From the IMG/VR virus record IMGVR_UViG_3300028422_001686: a DNA stretch of 64,000 nt. The stretch is one strand, 5' to 3'. The notes beneath the pieces are model-generated. The model saw only the letters and a list, made by a program, of their open reading frames with translations. It was not told the DNA's origin and did not search any database. Made by a program: the position numbers and the translations under genes. The DNA comes from a virus (lineage: Duplodnaviria; Heunggongvirae; Uroviricota; Caudoviricetes). The first letter of the stretch is position 1. Each line of letters starts with the position of its first letter. Shown piece by piece: positions 18,444 through 26,412 of this stretch.

Positions 18444-19526
18444 ATGAGAAAATTAGCAAGTATTCAAGAAGTTTTGGCTGTTGAAGATATTGAGGGAGCT
18501 GACAGAATTCAACTTGCTTCTGTTTTAGGATGGAAGTGTATTGTTAAAAAAGGTGAATTTAAAGCTGGAGACTTAGCTGTATATATTGAAATTGATTCTA
18601 TTTTGCCTGAATGGCCAGAATTTGAATTTTTACGTGAAAAGAAATTCAGAATCAAAACATGGAAGTTAAATAAGTTTGGTGTTATTTCTCAAGGTATTTT
18701 ATTTCCTGTAGACATCTTGCCTGCTTATGACTCTAGAAATCCCCCAAAAGAAGATGACGATGTAACTAAGATTCTGGGTGTTACTAAATACGAACAACCT
18801 GATACTGTTATCATTGAACCAAAAAAGCACAAAGGTATTATTAAGTATCTTATGAAGTATAGTCTTTTTAGAAAGATGTATCTGTATTTACATGGAAATC
18901 GTAAAGCAGATTTTCCTTCTTTTATTGAAAAGACAGATGAAACAAGAGTTCAGAGCCTTAAAAAGATTTATAAAGTCTATAAAGAGAAAGGCTACTGGGT
19001 TCCTTCTGAAAAATTAGAAGGGTGTTCTGCTACATATTTTGCCAAGAAAGAAGGTAGAAAGATCATTTTTGGTGTTTGCAGTAGAAATCAATGGCTTAAA
19101 AAGAACGACGGATCCCATTATTGGAGCATCGCTATTAATTATGATCTTGAAAAGAAGCTTAAAGACTCTTTAAAAGAAATGAAAAATGTAGACTTGCTTG
19201 TTGTTCAAGGTGAAATTACTGGCCCAGGAATACAGGGAAATATTTATGGATTAGCTACTCATCAATTTAATATTTTTAATATTGTTATTGATAATAAAAG
19301 AGTTGCACTAAATAAGACATGCGCCTGGAAAGGCATTGATACAGTTCCTATTTTTCCAGCAAGAATTATTCCTGATGAAATTGATCAAATTATTGAATGG
19401 TCTAATGGAAAAAGTGAAATTAATCCTAATGTTATGAGAGAAGGTCTTGTGTTTAGGAACTTTGAAGACCCAAGTCTTTCATTTAAAGTCGTGTCTCCAG
19501 AGTATCTATTGAAAAATGGGAAATAA
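18444..19526 (+). CDS. ATP-dependent RNA ligase (Rnl-type nucleotidyltransferase with an N-terminal OB-like domain)
   Basis: Candidate nucleotidyltransferase motifs occur in the expected order: I (EKLEGCS, Kx[DE]G), Ia (VCSRNQ), III (LLVVQGEITG), IV (EGLVFRNFED) and V (SFKVVSPEYLLK). The N-terminal ~60-aa segment MRKLASIQEV...ADRIQL resembles the Rnl5/DraRnl N-domain. Confidence 0.5.
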   Translation: MRKLASIQEVLAVEDIEGADRIQLASVLGWKCIVKKGEFKAGDLAVYIEIDSILPEWPEFEFLREKKFRIKTWKLNKFGVISQGILFPVDILPAYDSRNPPKEDDDVTKILGVTKYEQPDTVIIEPKKHKGIIKYLMKYSLFRKMYLYLHGNRKADFPSFIEKTDETRVQSLKKIYKVYKEKGYWVPSEKLEGCSATYFAKKEGRKIIFGVCSRNQWLKKNDGSHYWSIAINYDLEKKLKDSLKEMKNVDLLVVQGEITGPGIQGNIYGLATHQFNIFNIVIDNKRVALNKTCAWKGIDTVPIFPARIIPDEIDQIIEWSNGKSEINPNVMREGLVFRNFEDPSLSFKVVSPEYLLKNGK

Positions 19527-19528
19527 CA

Positions 19529-20095
19529 ATGAGTAATTTAGGATTAAAATATAAAACAATTATCGGAATTGGGGATGAAATTCTTCGTCGTATAAATGAA
19601 GTTTATATCCCCGCCGTAGTTATTTTAACTGAGAACTCTTATTTTGCCATGGGAAATGATTACGAGTTTCAATTAAGTTCTACTAATTGTAGTATCTGTC
19701 ATTATGTTTTGTGGGATAAGGGTAATTCTCAGACAAAATGTTATTCTTGCCCTTTAAGAATGCGTGACCATGAAAGAAAGTTTGCTGGAATTAAAAAGAT
19801 AGACTACCATTGTATTCCTTATTCAAGGAAAACAAATATGTTAGATCAAGCTGGGAAGTATCATGATCTGGCAGAGAACATAGTAGAAAAAGCATGGAAT
19901 TTACAAAATAGTGAATTCCAATCTAAATGGCCATCTAAACCGAGGTCTATTTTTTCTAAAAACTTTAGAGATATAGAAACTAAAGATACCATTAAGCGAA
20001 TAAAGCGAAGGGTTTCTTGGCTAATTAAAAGAATTAATAAAGAATTAAAATCCATTGATGCCGAGACTATTCATGTAACTTGGGGAGGGTATTAG
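19529..20095 (+). CDS. hypothetical Cys-cluster protein
   Basis: Motif CSICHYVLWDKGNSQTKCYSCPL. Confidence 0.45.
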   Translation: MSNLGLKYKTIIGIGDEILRRINEVYIPAVVILTENSYFAMGNDYEFQLSSTNCSICHYVLWDKGNSQTKCYSCPLRMRDHERKFAGIKKIDYHCIPYSRKTNMLDQAGKYHDLAENIVEKAWNLQNSEFQSKWPSKPRSIFSKNFRDIETKDTIKRIKRRVSWLIKRINKELKSIDAETIHVTWGGY

Positions 20096-20322
20096 AAATG
20101 AAATATTTATTTTTTATTTTATTTGCAGTTTTCTTTGGTTGTTCTAATGATTATTATGTTGAGATACATCGTAAAGATGGTAAATGTCTTCAAAAAGAAG
20201 GTGAGGTAGTTTACTATTCATGTAAAGAGGAAGTCTGGGGTATGGATAATACAGTTGCATTATGTGATACAAAAGAAGAATGTAACAAGATATGTGAAGG
20301 GTATAGGGAGAAACAAAAATAA
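20080..20322 (+). CDS. small putative lipoprotein
   Basis: Signal peptide plus FFGCSNDY lipobox, and four further Cys. Confidence 0.4.
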   Translation: MGRVLEMKYLFFILFAVFFGCSNDYYVEIHRKDGKCLQKEGEVVYYSCKEEVWGMDNTVALCDTKEECNKICEGYREKQK

Positions 20323-20331
20323 AAAAAATAA

Positions 20332-20408
20332 GCGCTCTTAGCTCAGTCGGTTAGAGCTCCCGGCTCATAACCGGGTGGTCATGTGTTCAAGTCACATAGG
20401 GCGCACCA
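20332..20408 (+). tRNA. tRNA-Met/fMet (CAT)
   Basis: Acceptor GCGCTCT pairs with AGGGCGC. D-arm GCTC-AGTCGGTTA-GAGC. Anticodon stem CCCGG with loop CTCATAA. T-arm ATGTG-TTCAAGT-CACAT. The 3' end is ACCA. Confidence 0.8.
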
Positions 20409-20411
20409 TAA

Positions 20412-20568
20412 TTGCCCTTTTAGCATATATCAGGAAATGCACAGGAAGCCAAAAAGAGAAGCAAGAACAGCAAGTACGATCTTTAGATGTGTTTCTTGCC
20501 TATTCTGCTATGAAGCTAGTAGCTAGGTGAAATGGGAACTGGAGTTCAAATCTCTAGATTGGGCACCG
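20412..20568 (+). ncRNA. candidate ~155-nt ncRNA with a tRNA-like 3' end
   Basis: No ORF. It ends in a T-arm-like TGGAG-TTCAAAT-CTCTA followed by GATTGGG-C-ACC and TTTTTT. No matching 5' acceptor strand or D/anticodon arms could be found. Confidence 0.3.
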
Positions 20569-20593
20569 TTTTTTAAGTAGAGAGGTTGCTGCT

Positions 20594-20839
20594 ATGAATA
20601 AAGCAAAAGTTATTATTTATGATGCAGATAATAAAGAGGTTATGTCTTTAATATGTACTGATGTACGGTATACAATTGTTAATGACTTAAAAACACTTCC
20701 TGTTTTAAAGAATAAAATTGGAATGAAAAGCCCCCTGTATTCAACAGGAGCATTTATAGACTTTAATGGATATATTCCTAGAGATAAAGAGTCTATAAAC
20801 AAAGATGTTGATCAAATTTTAAAGGAAAGTTATGAGTGA
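20594..20839 (+). CDS. hypothetical protein
   Basis: RBS AGAGAGG upstream of an 81-aa ORF. Confidence 0.4.
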   Translation: MNKAKVIIYDADNKEVMSLICTDVRYTIVNDLKTLPVLKNKIGMKSPLYSTGAFIDFNGYIPRDKESINKDVDQILKESYE

Positions 20840-21434
20840 TGACAATAAGGTTTTAGTTATTGTTGATATGCAATATGATTTTATTAACAAAGATGGAGCT
20901 CTTTATGTTGGAGAAAAAGCTGAAAGCATTATTGAGAACATAGTAGCTTTTAAAAAACTTTTTAAAAAAGTTGTATTTACTCGAGACATTCATCCTTGCT
21001 TGAATGGAACAGATACTCAAGATGAGATAAATGAGTTTACTCAGTTTGGTAAGCATTGTCATGATGTGAAGACAAGTGCAATTGATTCTCGATTGATAGA
21101 TCAAAATGATTTCACTGGGAAAGAAGAGGTTATTTTTAAAAGCTCATTTGCAACATCTATGGCTGAAAGATTTTTTACTAGAGTAGATCCTCGAAAAGCC
21201 GAGTTTCATGTGACAGGTGTCTGTACCCATATTTGTGTTCATGATGTGATTGCTGAAATTGTCAATTACTCTAAAAACATATATAACAGATTACCTAAAA
21301 TCTATTTATATAAAAATATGATTGGTGACTTTGATGCTGAAATGGAAGCATTTGCAATTAAACGTCTCCAAAAATTATATGGAGTTCAAATGGTTGAATT
21401 TGCTCATGTAGGAACTATGGGGATAGAAAAATGA
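20832..21434 (+). CDS. pncA: nicotinamidase / isochorismatase-family cysteine hydrolase
   Basis: VLVIVDMQYDF is the N-terminal nicotinamidase motif. A catalytic Cys lies in VTGVCTHICVHD. Confidence 0.7.
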   Translation: MSDDNKVLVIVDMQYDFINKDGALYVGEKAESIIENIVAFKKLFKKVVFTRDIHPCLNGTDTQDEINEFTQFGKHCHDVKTSAIDSRLIDQNDFTGKEEVIFKSSFATSMAERFFTRVDPRKAEFHVTGVCTHICVHDVIAEIVNYSKNIYNRLPKIYLYKNMIGDFDAEMEAFAIKRLQKLYGVQMVEFAHVGTMGIEK

Positions 21435-22213
21435 AAGAGATAAGATACAAAAAATTTTCTAATGGACAGGTGTTTGCCCTTAAAACAAGTGACGGATATC
21501 CAATAGAAGTAACTGAAACTTTTCTTCCTTTTTATACAAAAGACGCAATAGGTAGGAAACAGAATTTTTTAGATTCAGAAGCTTTAGGTGATCGATCTGA
21601 AAGATGGATGATTGGTGTTTCTTGTATGTCTGGCTGCCCTGTTAGATGTAAGTTCTGCGCTACTGGAAATCTTCCTAAATATAGAAATCTAACTGGTCAG
21701 GAAATTTTTGATCAAGTTGAATTTGCTATTGAAAAAGGTGGAGCGAATCCGCTTGAAGCAAAAGAATTTAAGATTAATTATACAAGAATGGGTGAGCCTT
21801 TTCTTAATATCGAAGCGATTAAAGAGGCTATTACGTTAATTGATGCCAAGTATCCTAATACTCATCATTATGTTTCTACTATTGGAATTAAGGGGTCTGA
21901 CTTTAGTTGGATCAAAGACAATGTTACGCTTCAATTATCTCTTCACTCTTTAGACGAAGATAGAAGAAACGATTTAATTCCTTTTAAAAACAAGATGTCT
22001 ATCAAAGAACTTGGCGAGGTTGTTACTCAGAGTAATCTTAAAACAACCTTAAATCTTACTTTAGTTGATGAAAAAGATTTTAATATTGATTTATTGAAAG
22101 AGTATTTTGACCCCAATAAGTTTTTTGTGAAGCTCAGTCCTATTAATGTGAATGATGTTTCAGAGAAAAACAATATGGGTGAAGGTATTATAAAAGGTGT
22201 TAATCTTCTATAG
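21431..22213 (+). CDS. radical SAM enzyme
   Basis: The motif CMSGCPVRCKFCATG contains CxxxCxxC. Confidence 0.55.
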   Translation: MKEIRYKKFSNGQVFALKTSDGYPIEVTETFLPFYTKDAIGRKQNFLDSEALGDRSERWMIGVSCMSGCPVRCKFCATGNLPKYRNLTGQEIFDQVEFAIEKGGANPLEAKEFKINYTRMGEPFLNIEAIKEAITLIDAKYPNTHHYVSTIGIKGSDFSWIKDNVTLQLSLHSLDEDRRNDLIPFKNKMSIKELGEVVTQSNLKTTLNLTLVDEKDFNIDLLKEYFDPNKFFVKLSPINVNDVSEKNNMGEGIIKGVNLL

Positions 22214-22223
22214 GAGGTATTCT

Positions 22224-22346
22224 ATGATTGAGATTAAAAACCAACTAGAATCAGCAGGATATGACTATGCCGTAGCTGTTGCTACTCAATCTGAGATTGA
22301 AAACGGCGCAGCTTGTGGACAATTGTCTATCATTACTGAGGATTAG
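22224..22346 (+). CDS. 40-aa small peptide (MIEIKNQLESAGYDYAVAVATQSEIENGAACGQLSIITED)
   Basis: RBS AGGAGGT lies 7 nt upstream of the ATG. The gene sits directly downstream of the radical-SAM gene and directly upstream of a strong terminator. It is too short to appear in the ORF track. Confidence 0.35.
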   Translation: MIEIKNQLESAGYDYAVAVATQSEIENGAACGQLSIITED

Positions 22347-22352
22347 TTAAAG

Positions 22353-22376
22353 GAGCTTCGGCTCCTTTTTTATTTA
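22353..22376 (+). terminator. intrinsic terminator
   Basis: GGAGCTTCGGCTCC hairpin followed by TTTTTTATTT. Confidence 0.65.
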
Positions 22377-22387
22377 AGGAAAAAGAA

Positions 22388-22741
22388 ATGAATAAAGTTA
22401 AATCGTTTTTAAAAGATGTCTATATGGTGGTAGTATTTTCTCTTCTTTCATTTGTACTAGGAGTCTTAATAGTTCGTCCTGATGCTGAGAGGTATAAGAG
22501 GATATATGATCTTTATAATAGTTGCTATGTGGAAAAGCCTACTGTTACAAAGTATAAGGCCGAAGATTTAGTTCAATATGAAACAGGTTATCTTCCCGTA
22601 AAAAATGCATTTGGAAAAATCGACAAAATTAATGTTGAATTTGACAATCAAAGAAAAGAGATCAGTTATTTTATTAATGGACTTCTTGTTCCTGAAAAAT
22701 GGATTCTAAATAAGGTTGTAATAGTTAAAGAAAAGGAATAG
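22388..22741 (+). CDS. hypothetical membrane-anchored protein
   Basis: N-terminal transmembrane helix (VVVFSLLSFVLGVLIV). Confidence 0.45.
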   Translation: MNKVKSFLKDVYMVVVFSLLSFVLGVLIVRPDAERYKRIYDLYNSCYVEKPTVTKYKAEDLVQYETGYLPVKNAFGKIDKINVEFDNQRKEISYFINGLLVPEKWILNKVVIVKEKE

Positions 22742-22744
22742 TTC

Positions 22745-23650
22745 ATGAGTGAATTATTAAAAGTAGATGAAGATCTTAAGTCGTTTGCAAACTTTCTTTA
22801 CTTTTTAGGTGGAGATCTTTCTTCCTATAATTTTTCAGAGTATACCCTTCTAAAGAAAGAAGCTAATAGTCTTTTAACGGATATTGACAATGACAATATT
22901 GAACATGGTTGTGATATCTTATGTTCACTTAAAGCTTATAAAAAAGCTTTAAGTAAAGTGCTTAGAGAGTATAAAAAAAGAGGTTGGGACACTCTGCTTT
23001 CAGATAAATATTTTTTTAAAAGTAAAAAATGGTTTGAGGATTTCGTTAAAAGAGCCTATCGTTTTGGTGACATGGATGATGATGAAAGAGATGATATAAA
23101 CCAGTTGGTTGAAGAAATCTATAGAAACAGTAAAAGAGAGAAAATGAATGCTGATCTAAAAGGTGAGATTAAAGAGGCTAGCAAGCATATGGATGCTGTA
23201 GGTAAAGCACAAACAACTCTTTCTGATCTAAACTCTTTAACTATGATTGATGATTACAGCTTTCAGTCTGGTACTGTTGAGTATGATATGAGTCATGTAA
23301 AATTTGAATGTAATTTAGATGGGGTTGTACCCCTAAAAGATAATGAGGAGAAAAAGATGAGTGCAAATTTAATTAATAAAATGAACGGCTTAAAGAAAGG
23401 TGAAGAGCATGTTGTTGATTTAGTTCAAGAAACTGAAGAGATCAAAACCGTCTCAATTAGTCTTGAGAAAATCCTAAGTAACTACTCTAAAGTTAAGCAA
23501 ATGAAGCTTGGAGAGAAAGCACTTCTCAGAAAACTTTCTGTTAATGATGACAAAGTTACCCTAGAAATCTCTGTAGGAGATGTAGAAAGAGAAGAAAATG
23601 CTGTTGTATTAGCAAATTTGAACTCTATTCTAACTCAAGAAAAGAAATAA
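22745..23650 (+). CDS. hypothetical protein
   Basis: 301-aa acidic coiled-coil ORF. Confidence 0.5.
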   Translation: MSELLKVDEDLKSFANFLYFLGGDLSSYNFSEYTLLKKEANSLLTDIDNDNIEHGCDILCSLKAYKKALSKVLREYKKRGWDTLLSDKYFFKSKKWFEDFVKRAYRFGDMDDDERDDINQLVEEIYRNSKREKMNADLKGEIKEASKHMDAVGKAQTTLSDLNSLTMIDDYSFQSGTVEYDMSHVKFECNLDGVVPLKDNEEKKMSANLINKMNGLKKGEEHVVDLVQETEEIKTVSISLEKILSNYSKVKQMKLGEKALLRKLSVNDDKVTLEISVGDVEREENAVVLANLNSILTQEKK

Positions 23651-23805
23651 TATGGGTTTCTTAAAAGACAATTACCATAAAATTGCTATAGGTTTTGCTT
23701 TAATGGTAGCCCTTTATTCTGGGGCCTTAATTTATTCTGCGTATAAATTCGGCTCTTTTATGGAAGGGCTGAATTCTTATTACATGAAGCATTCAGAGGT
23801 TGTTA

Positions 23806-24948
23806 ATGAAAAATTATATGATTGAACCAATTATAACAAGCTTATTAGATAATGATCTTTATAAGTTTACTATGCAGTACGCAAGTAGACATATAGGGCA
23901 TGCTTATATGCCACGTAGAGGCATTGTAAAGTATAAGCTGTACAATAGAAGCAAAAACAGTCTTTTAGGAATAAAAGATTTGCTGGAAGCTCAGATTGAT
24001 ATGTTATGTCAATTGAGATTTACAAATGAAGAGATTAACTATCTTCGTACATTAAATCTTTTTGATGAGGACTATCTGTGCAAGCTCAAAAATTTTACTT
24101 TTTTTCGTGAAAACATTATAGTTGATACACGTGAAGGTGACCTTGCTCTTGAGATAAAAGGTGCATGGTATAGTACAATTCTTTTAGAAGTACCATTACT
24201 GGCAATTATTAGTGAACTTGTTTCTCATAAAAGTTACGCTTCAAATCCAACCCCACAAATGGGTGCATTTGATGGAAGTTATTCTATTTATGATTTTGGA
24301 ACAAGAAGACGACATAGTTTTGCTCATCAAAAAGAAGTTTTAACTGGACTTAAAGGAATGCCAGCATTTAAGGGCACTTCTAACGTCTATTTTGCACGAT
24401 TGTTAAACCTTCCAGTGTTTGGATCTATGGCACATGAATGGATGCAATATCATCAAATTTTTGGTATAGAGCAATTCCAAGAATTTGCGCTTAACGGTTG
24501 GTCTGACACTTTTAAAGGAAAATGTGGGATAGCTTTAACTGACACTATTAACATGGATTCTTTTTTAAAAGAGTTTGATGGAAAACTAGCTCGTATTTAT
24601 GATGGCTGTCGCCATGATTCAGGCGATCCTTTTATTTGGGGAGAAAAACTACTGTCTCACTATATGGAATTAGGTATTGATCCAAGATTTAAAACGTTAG
24701 TTTTTTCTGATGGTTTAGACTTTAATACCATAAAGGATATTCAAGAAGCTTTTGCTCATAGAGTAAGAGTCTCATTTGGAATTGGAACTAAGCTAATGAA
24801 TAGATCCATTGACCCTCCATCGATTGTAATTAAAATGGTTTCTGCAGAAGGACAGCCTGTGGCGAAGATTTCTGATGAACCATTTAAGACAGTTTGTGAA
24901 GACTTGAATTACTTAAAAGAAGTAAAAGAAAGACTAAATGTTATTTAA
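23806..24948 (+). CDS. pncB: nicotinate phosphoribosyltransferase
   Basis: The N-terminus MIEPIITSLLDNDLYKFTMQ matches the NAPRTase signature (LLDTDLYKLTM). Length is ~380 aa. The ATG at 23806 follows GAGG. Confidence 0.7.
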   Translation: MKNYMIEPIITSLLDNDLYKFTMQYASRHIGHAYMPRRGIVKYKLYNRSKNSLLGIKDLLEAQIDMLCQLRFTNEEINYLRTLNLFDEDYLCKLKNFTFFRENIIVDTREGDLALEIKGAWYSTILLEVPLLAIISELVSHKSYASNPTPQMGAFDGSYSIYDFGTRRRHSFAHQKEVLTGLKGMPAFKGTSNVYFARLLNLPVFGSMAHEWMQYHQIFGIEQFQEFALNGWSDTFKGKCGIALTDTINMDSFLKEFDGKLARIYDGCRHDSGDPFIWGEKLLSHYMELGIDPRFKTLVFSDGLDFNTIKDIQEAFAHRVRVSFGIGTKLMNRSIDPPSIVIKMVSAEGQPVAKISDEPFKTVCEDLNYLKEVKERLNVI

Positions 24949-25164
24949 GGAGATAGTTAGGTGAATACATTTTAAGCAAAAAAGTATTTGACAATAATAT
25001 CTTATGTATTTTATAATACGTGTATGAATATGAATACAAAACCATCCATTAATAATTATTGGAATACTGACTCAGAGGAGACAGTATAGGGTTTAGTTTT
25101 ATATTATATTCATAAATAAAGCTAAAACCCTAACCTTAAAACAGTTAGGGTTTTTTGTTTTTGC

Positions 25165-25241
25165 GGGGGTGTAGTTAAGTTGGTTATAACGCTACCCTGT
25201 CACGGTAGAGGCCACGGGTTCGAGCCCCGTTACTCCCGCCA
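25165..25241 (+). tRNA. tRNA-Asp (GTC)
   Basis: Acceptor GGGGGTG pairs with TACTCCC. D-arm GTTA...TAAC. Anticodon stem CTACC with loop CTGTCAC. T-arm ACGGG-TTCGAGC-CCCGT. The 3' end is GCCA. Confidence 0.75.
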
Positions 25242-25254
25242 TATTTTTAATAGT

Positions 25255-25331
25255 GTCCTCTTAGCTCAGTTGGTGGTAGCAGCTGACTGTTAATCAGCAG
25301 GCCTTTGGTTCAAATCCAAAAGGGGACGCCA
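25255..25331 (+). tRNA. tRNA-Asn (GTT)
   Basis: Acceptor GTCCTCT pairs with AGGGGAC. Anticodon stem GCTGA with loop CTGTTAA. T-arm TTTGG-TTCAAAT-CCAAA. The 3' end is GCCA. Confidence 0.75.
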
Positions 25332-25335
25332 TTTT

Positions 25336-25421
25336 GCGTAGGTGGCCGAGTGGTTAAAGGCAGCAGACTGTAAATCTGCCCTCTTCGGAGTACGGTGGTT
25401 CAAATCCACCCCTGCGCACCA
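25336..25421 (+). tRNA. tRNA-Tyr (GTA), with long variable arm
   Basis: Acceptor GCGTAGG pairs with CCTGCGC. D-arm GCCGAGTGGTTAAAGGC. Anticodon stem GCAGA with loop CTGTAAA. T-arm GGTGG-TTCAAAT-CCACC. The 3' end is ACCA. Confidence 0.75.
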
Positions 25422-25424
25422 TTT

Positions 25425-25550
25425 AAAGTTGTTATAGGTGAGAACGGACAAAGCCAAGCAACCCGCACCTGAGAAAAGAATGCAACGGCTAGGGAGCCAT
25501 CCTGAAGGCACGGATCATCCGTGAAAAGCTGACAGCCAGGAAAGTACTGG
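25425..25550 (+). ncRNA. candidate structured small RNA between tRNA-Tyr and tRNA-Glu
   Basis: ~130 nt with no ORF. It contains the hairpins AGGTG...CACCT, GGCTAGGGAGCC and CACGGATCATCCGTG. Confidence 0.3.
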
Positions 25551-25556
25551 CAATAT

Positions 25557-25634
25557 GCACCCATCGTCTAATCAGGTTCAGGACACTACCTTTTCACGGT
25601 AGGTATCCGGGTTCAAATCCCGGTGGGTGTACCA
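25557..25634 (+). tRNA. tRNA-Glu (TTC)
   Basis: The sequence aligns arm-for-arm with E. coli tRNA-Glu. Acceptor GCACCCA pairs with TGGGTGT. Anticodon stem CTACC with loop TTTTCAC. T-arm CCGGG-TTCAAAT-CCCGG. The 3' end is ACCA. Confidence 0.75.
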
Positions 25635-25655
25635 TTTTAAATAGAAGATTAGTAT

Positions 25656-25731
25656 CTCCGTATAGCGCAGCTGGTAGCGCACAATTTTTGGGAAGTTGGG
25701 GTCGTAGGTTCAAATCCTACTACGGAGACCA
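25656..25731 (+). tRNA. tRNA-Pro (TGG)
   Basis: Acceptor CTCCGTA pairs with TACGGAG. D-arm GCGC-AGCTGGTA-GCGC. Anticodon stem CAATT with loop TTTGGGA. T-arm GTAGG-TTCAAAT-CCTAC. The 3' end is ACCA. Confidence 0.7.
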
Positions 25732-25740
25732 AATAAAAAA

Positions 25741-25817
25741 GGTAGCTTAACTCAGTTGGTTAGAGTGCTAACCTGATAAGTTAGAAGTCCCAAGTTCAAA
25801 TCTTGGAGTTACCACCA
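25741..25817 (+). tRNA. tRNA-Ile (GAT)
   Basis: Acceptor GGTAGCT pairs with AGTTACC. D-arm ACTC-AGTTGGTTA-GAGT. Anticodon stem CTAAC with loop CTGATAA. T-arm CCAAG-TTCAAAT-CTTGG. The 3' end is ACCA. Confidence 0.75.
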
Positions 25818-25838
25818 TAAATTTTGTAAACAAGTTTT

Positions 25839-25914
25839 GCCTTTACTTGGTAGAGTGACTCAACGGAGCACTGATAAAGCTCAGAGGTTAGGTTAAAATC
25901 CTACAGTAGAGGCA
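25839..25914 (+). tRNA. degenerate tRNA-like element (possible pseudo-tRNA, anticodon-loop-like CTGATAA)
   Basis: Acceptor-like GCCTTTA pairs with TAGAGGC. An anticodon-like hairpin GAGC-(A)CTGATAA-(A)GCTC is present. The T-arm is weak (TAGG-TTAAAAT-CCTA) and there is no regular D-arm or encoded CCA. Confidence 0.3.
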
Positions 25915-26318
25915 ATTTAAGGGTTTCCCTTGCTCAGGAAGCGCGCGAAAACGCACTTAAATAATGAGCTAAAATATAGTGTCACCTACAACGAACTAGA
26001 TAGCGCTAGTCGTGCTTAGTGGTGAGGTTGATAGGCTGCTATCTTCTAATAGATAAAAAGGAGAAAAAATGATAATTATTCATTTTTTAGGGATAATGTG
26101 CATTCTTGTTCTTGTATCTATTTTAATTATGTCATTAGTTGATTTTATAAGGAGGCTTGTATTTGCGGACTATACCAAAAAGAAAACTCCTGTTATTGGT
26201 CGTTCATTTGATCAATTAAAAATTCTGAAAGATCTTGAAGAAACTTATAATAATCATAACCCTAAAACTTGTAGGGTTGATTGTTGTATATTATGTTATT
26301 CAGAGAGAAATGAAAAAA

Positions 26319-26393
26319 GGGCATCTAGCATAACTGGTAGTGCAGCGGAGTCCAAATCCGCGTGTTTGGGTTCAAGTCCTGGGGTGCCCGCCA
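26319..26393 (+). tRNA. tRNA-Trp (CCA)
   Basis: Acceptor GGGCATC pairs with GGTGCCC. D-arm GCAT-AACTGGTA-GTGC. Anticodon stem GCGGA/TCCGC with loop GTCCAAA. T-loop TTCAAGT on a weak, GU-rich T-stem. The 3' end is GCCA. Its layout aligns with E. coli tRNA-Trp. Confidence 0.6.
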
Positions 26394-26412
26394 TTTAAAA
26401 AATAATTAAAAT

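Noticed and set aside
25290-25511. 73-aa minus-strand ORF across the tRNA cluster
   Set aside because: It overlaps tRNA-Asn and tRNA-Tyr and the structured spacer, so it is an artefact of GC-rich tRNA sequence.
26069-26398. 109-aa + strand ORF running through tRNA-Trp
   Set aside because: The last ~25 codons are read straight through the tRNA-Trp gene (26319-26393). At most an N-terminal membrane-peptide portion could be real, and no stop precedes the tRNA. It is treated as spurious or uncertain.
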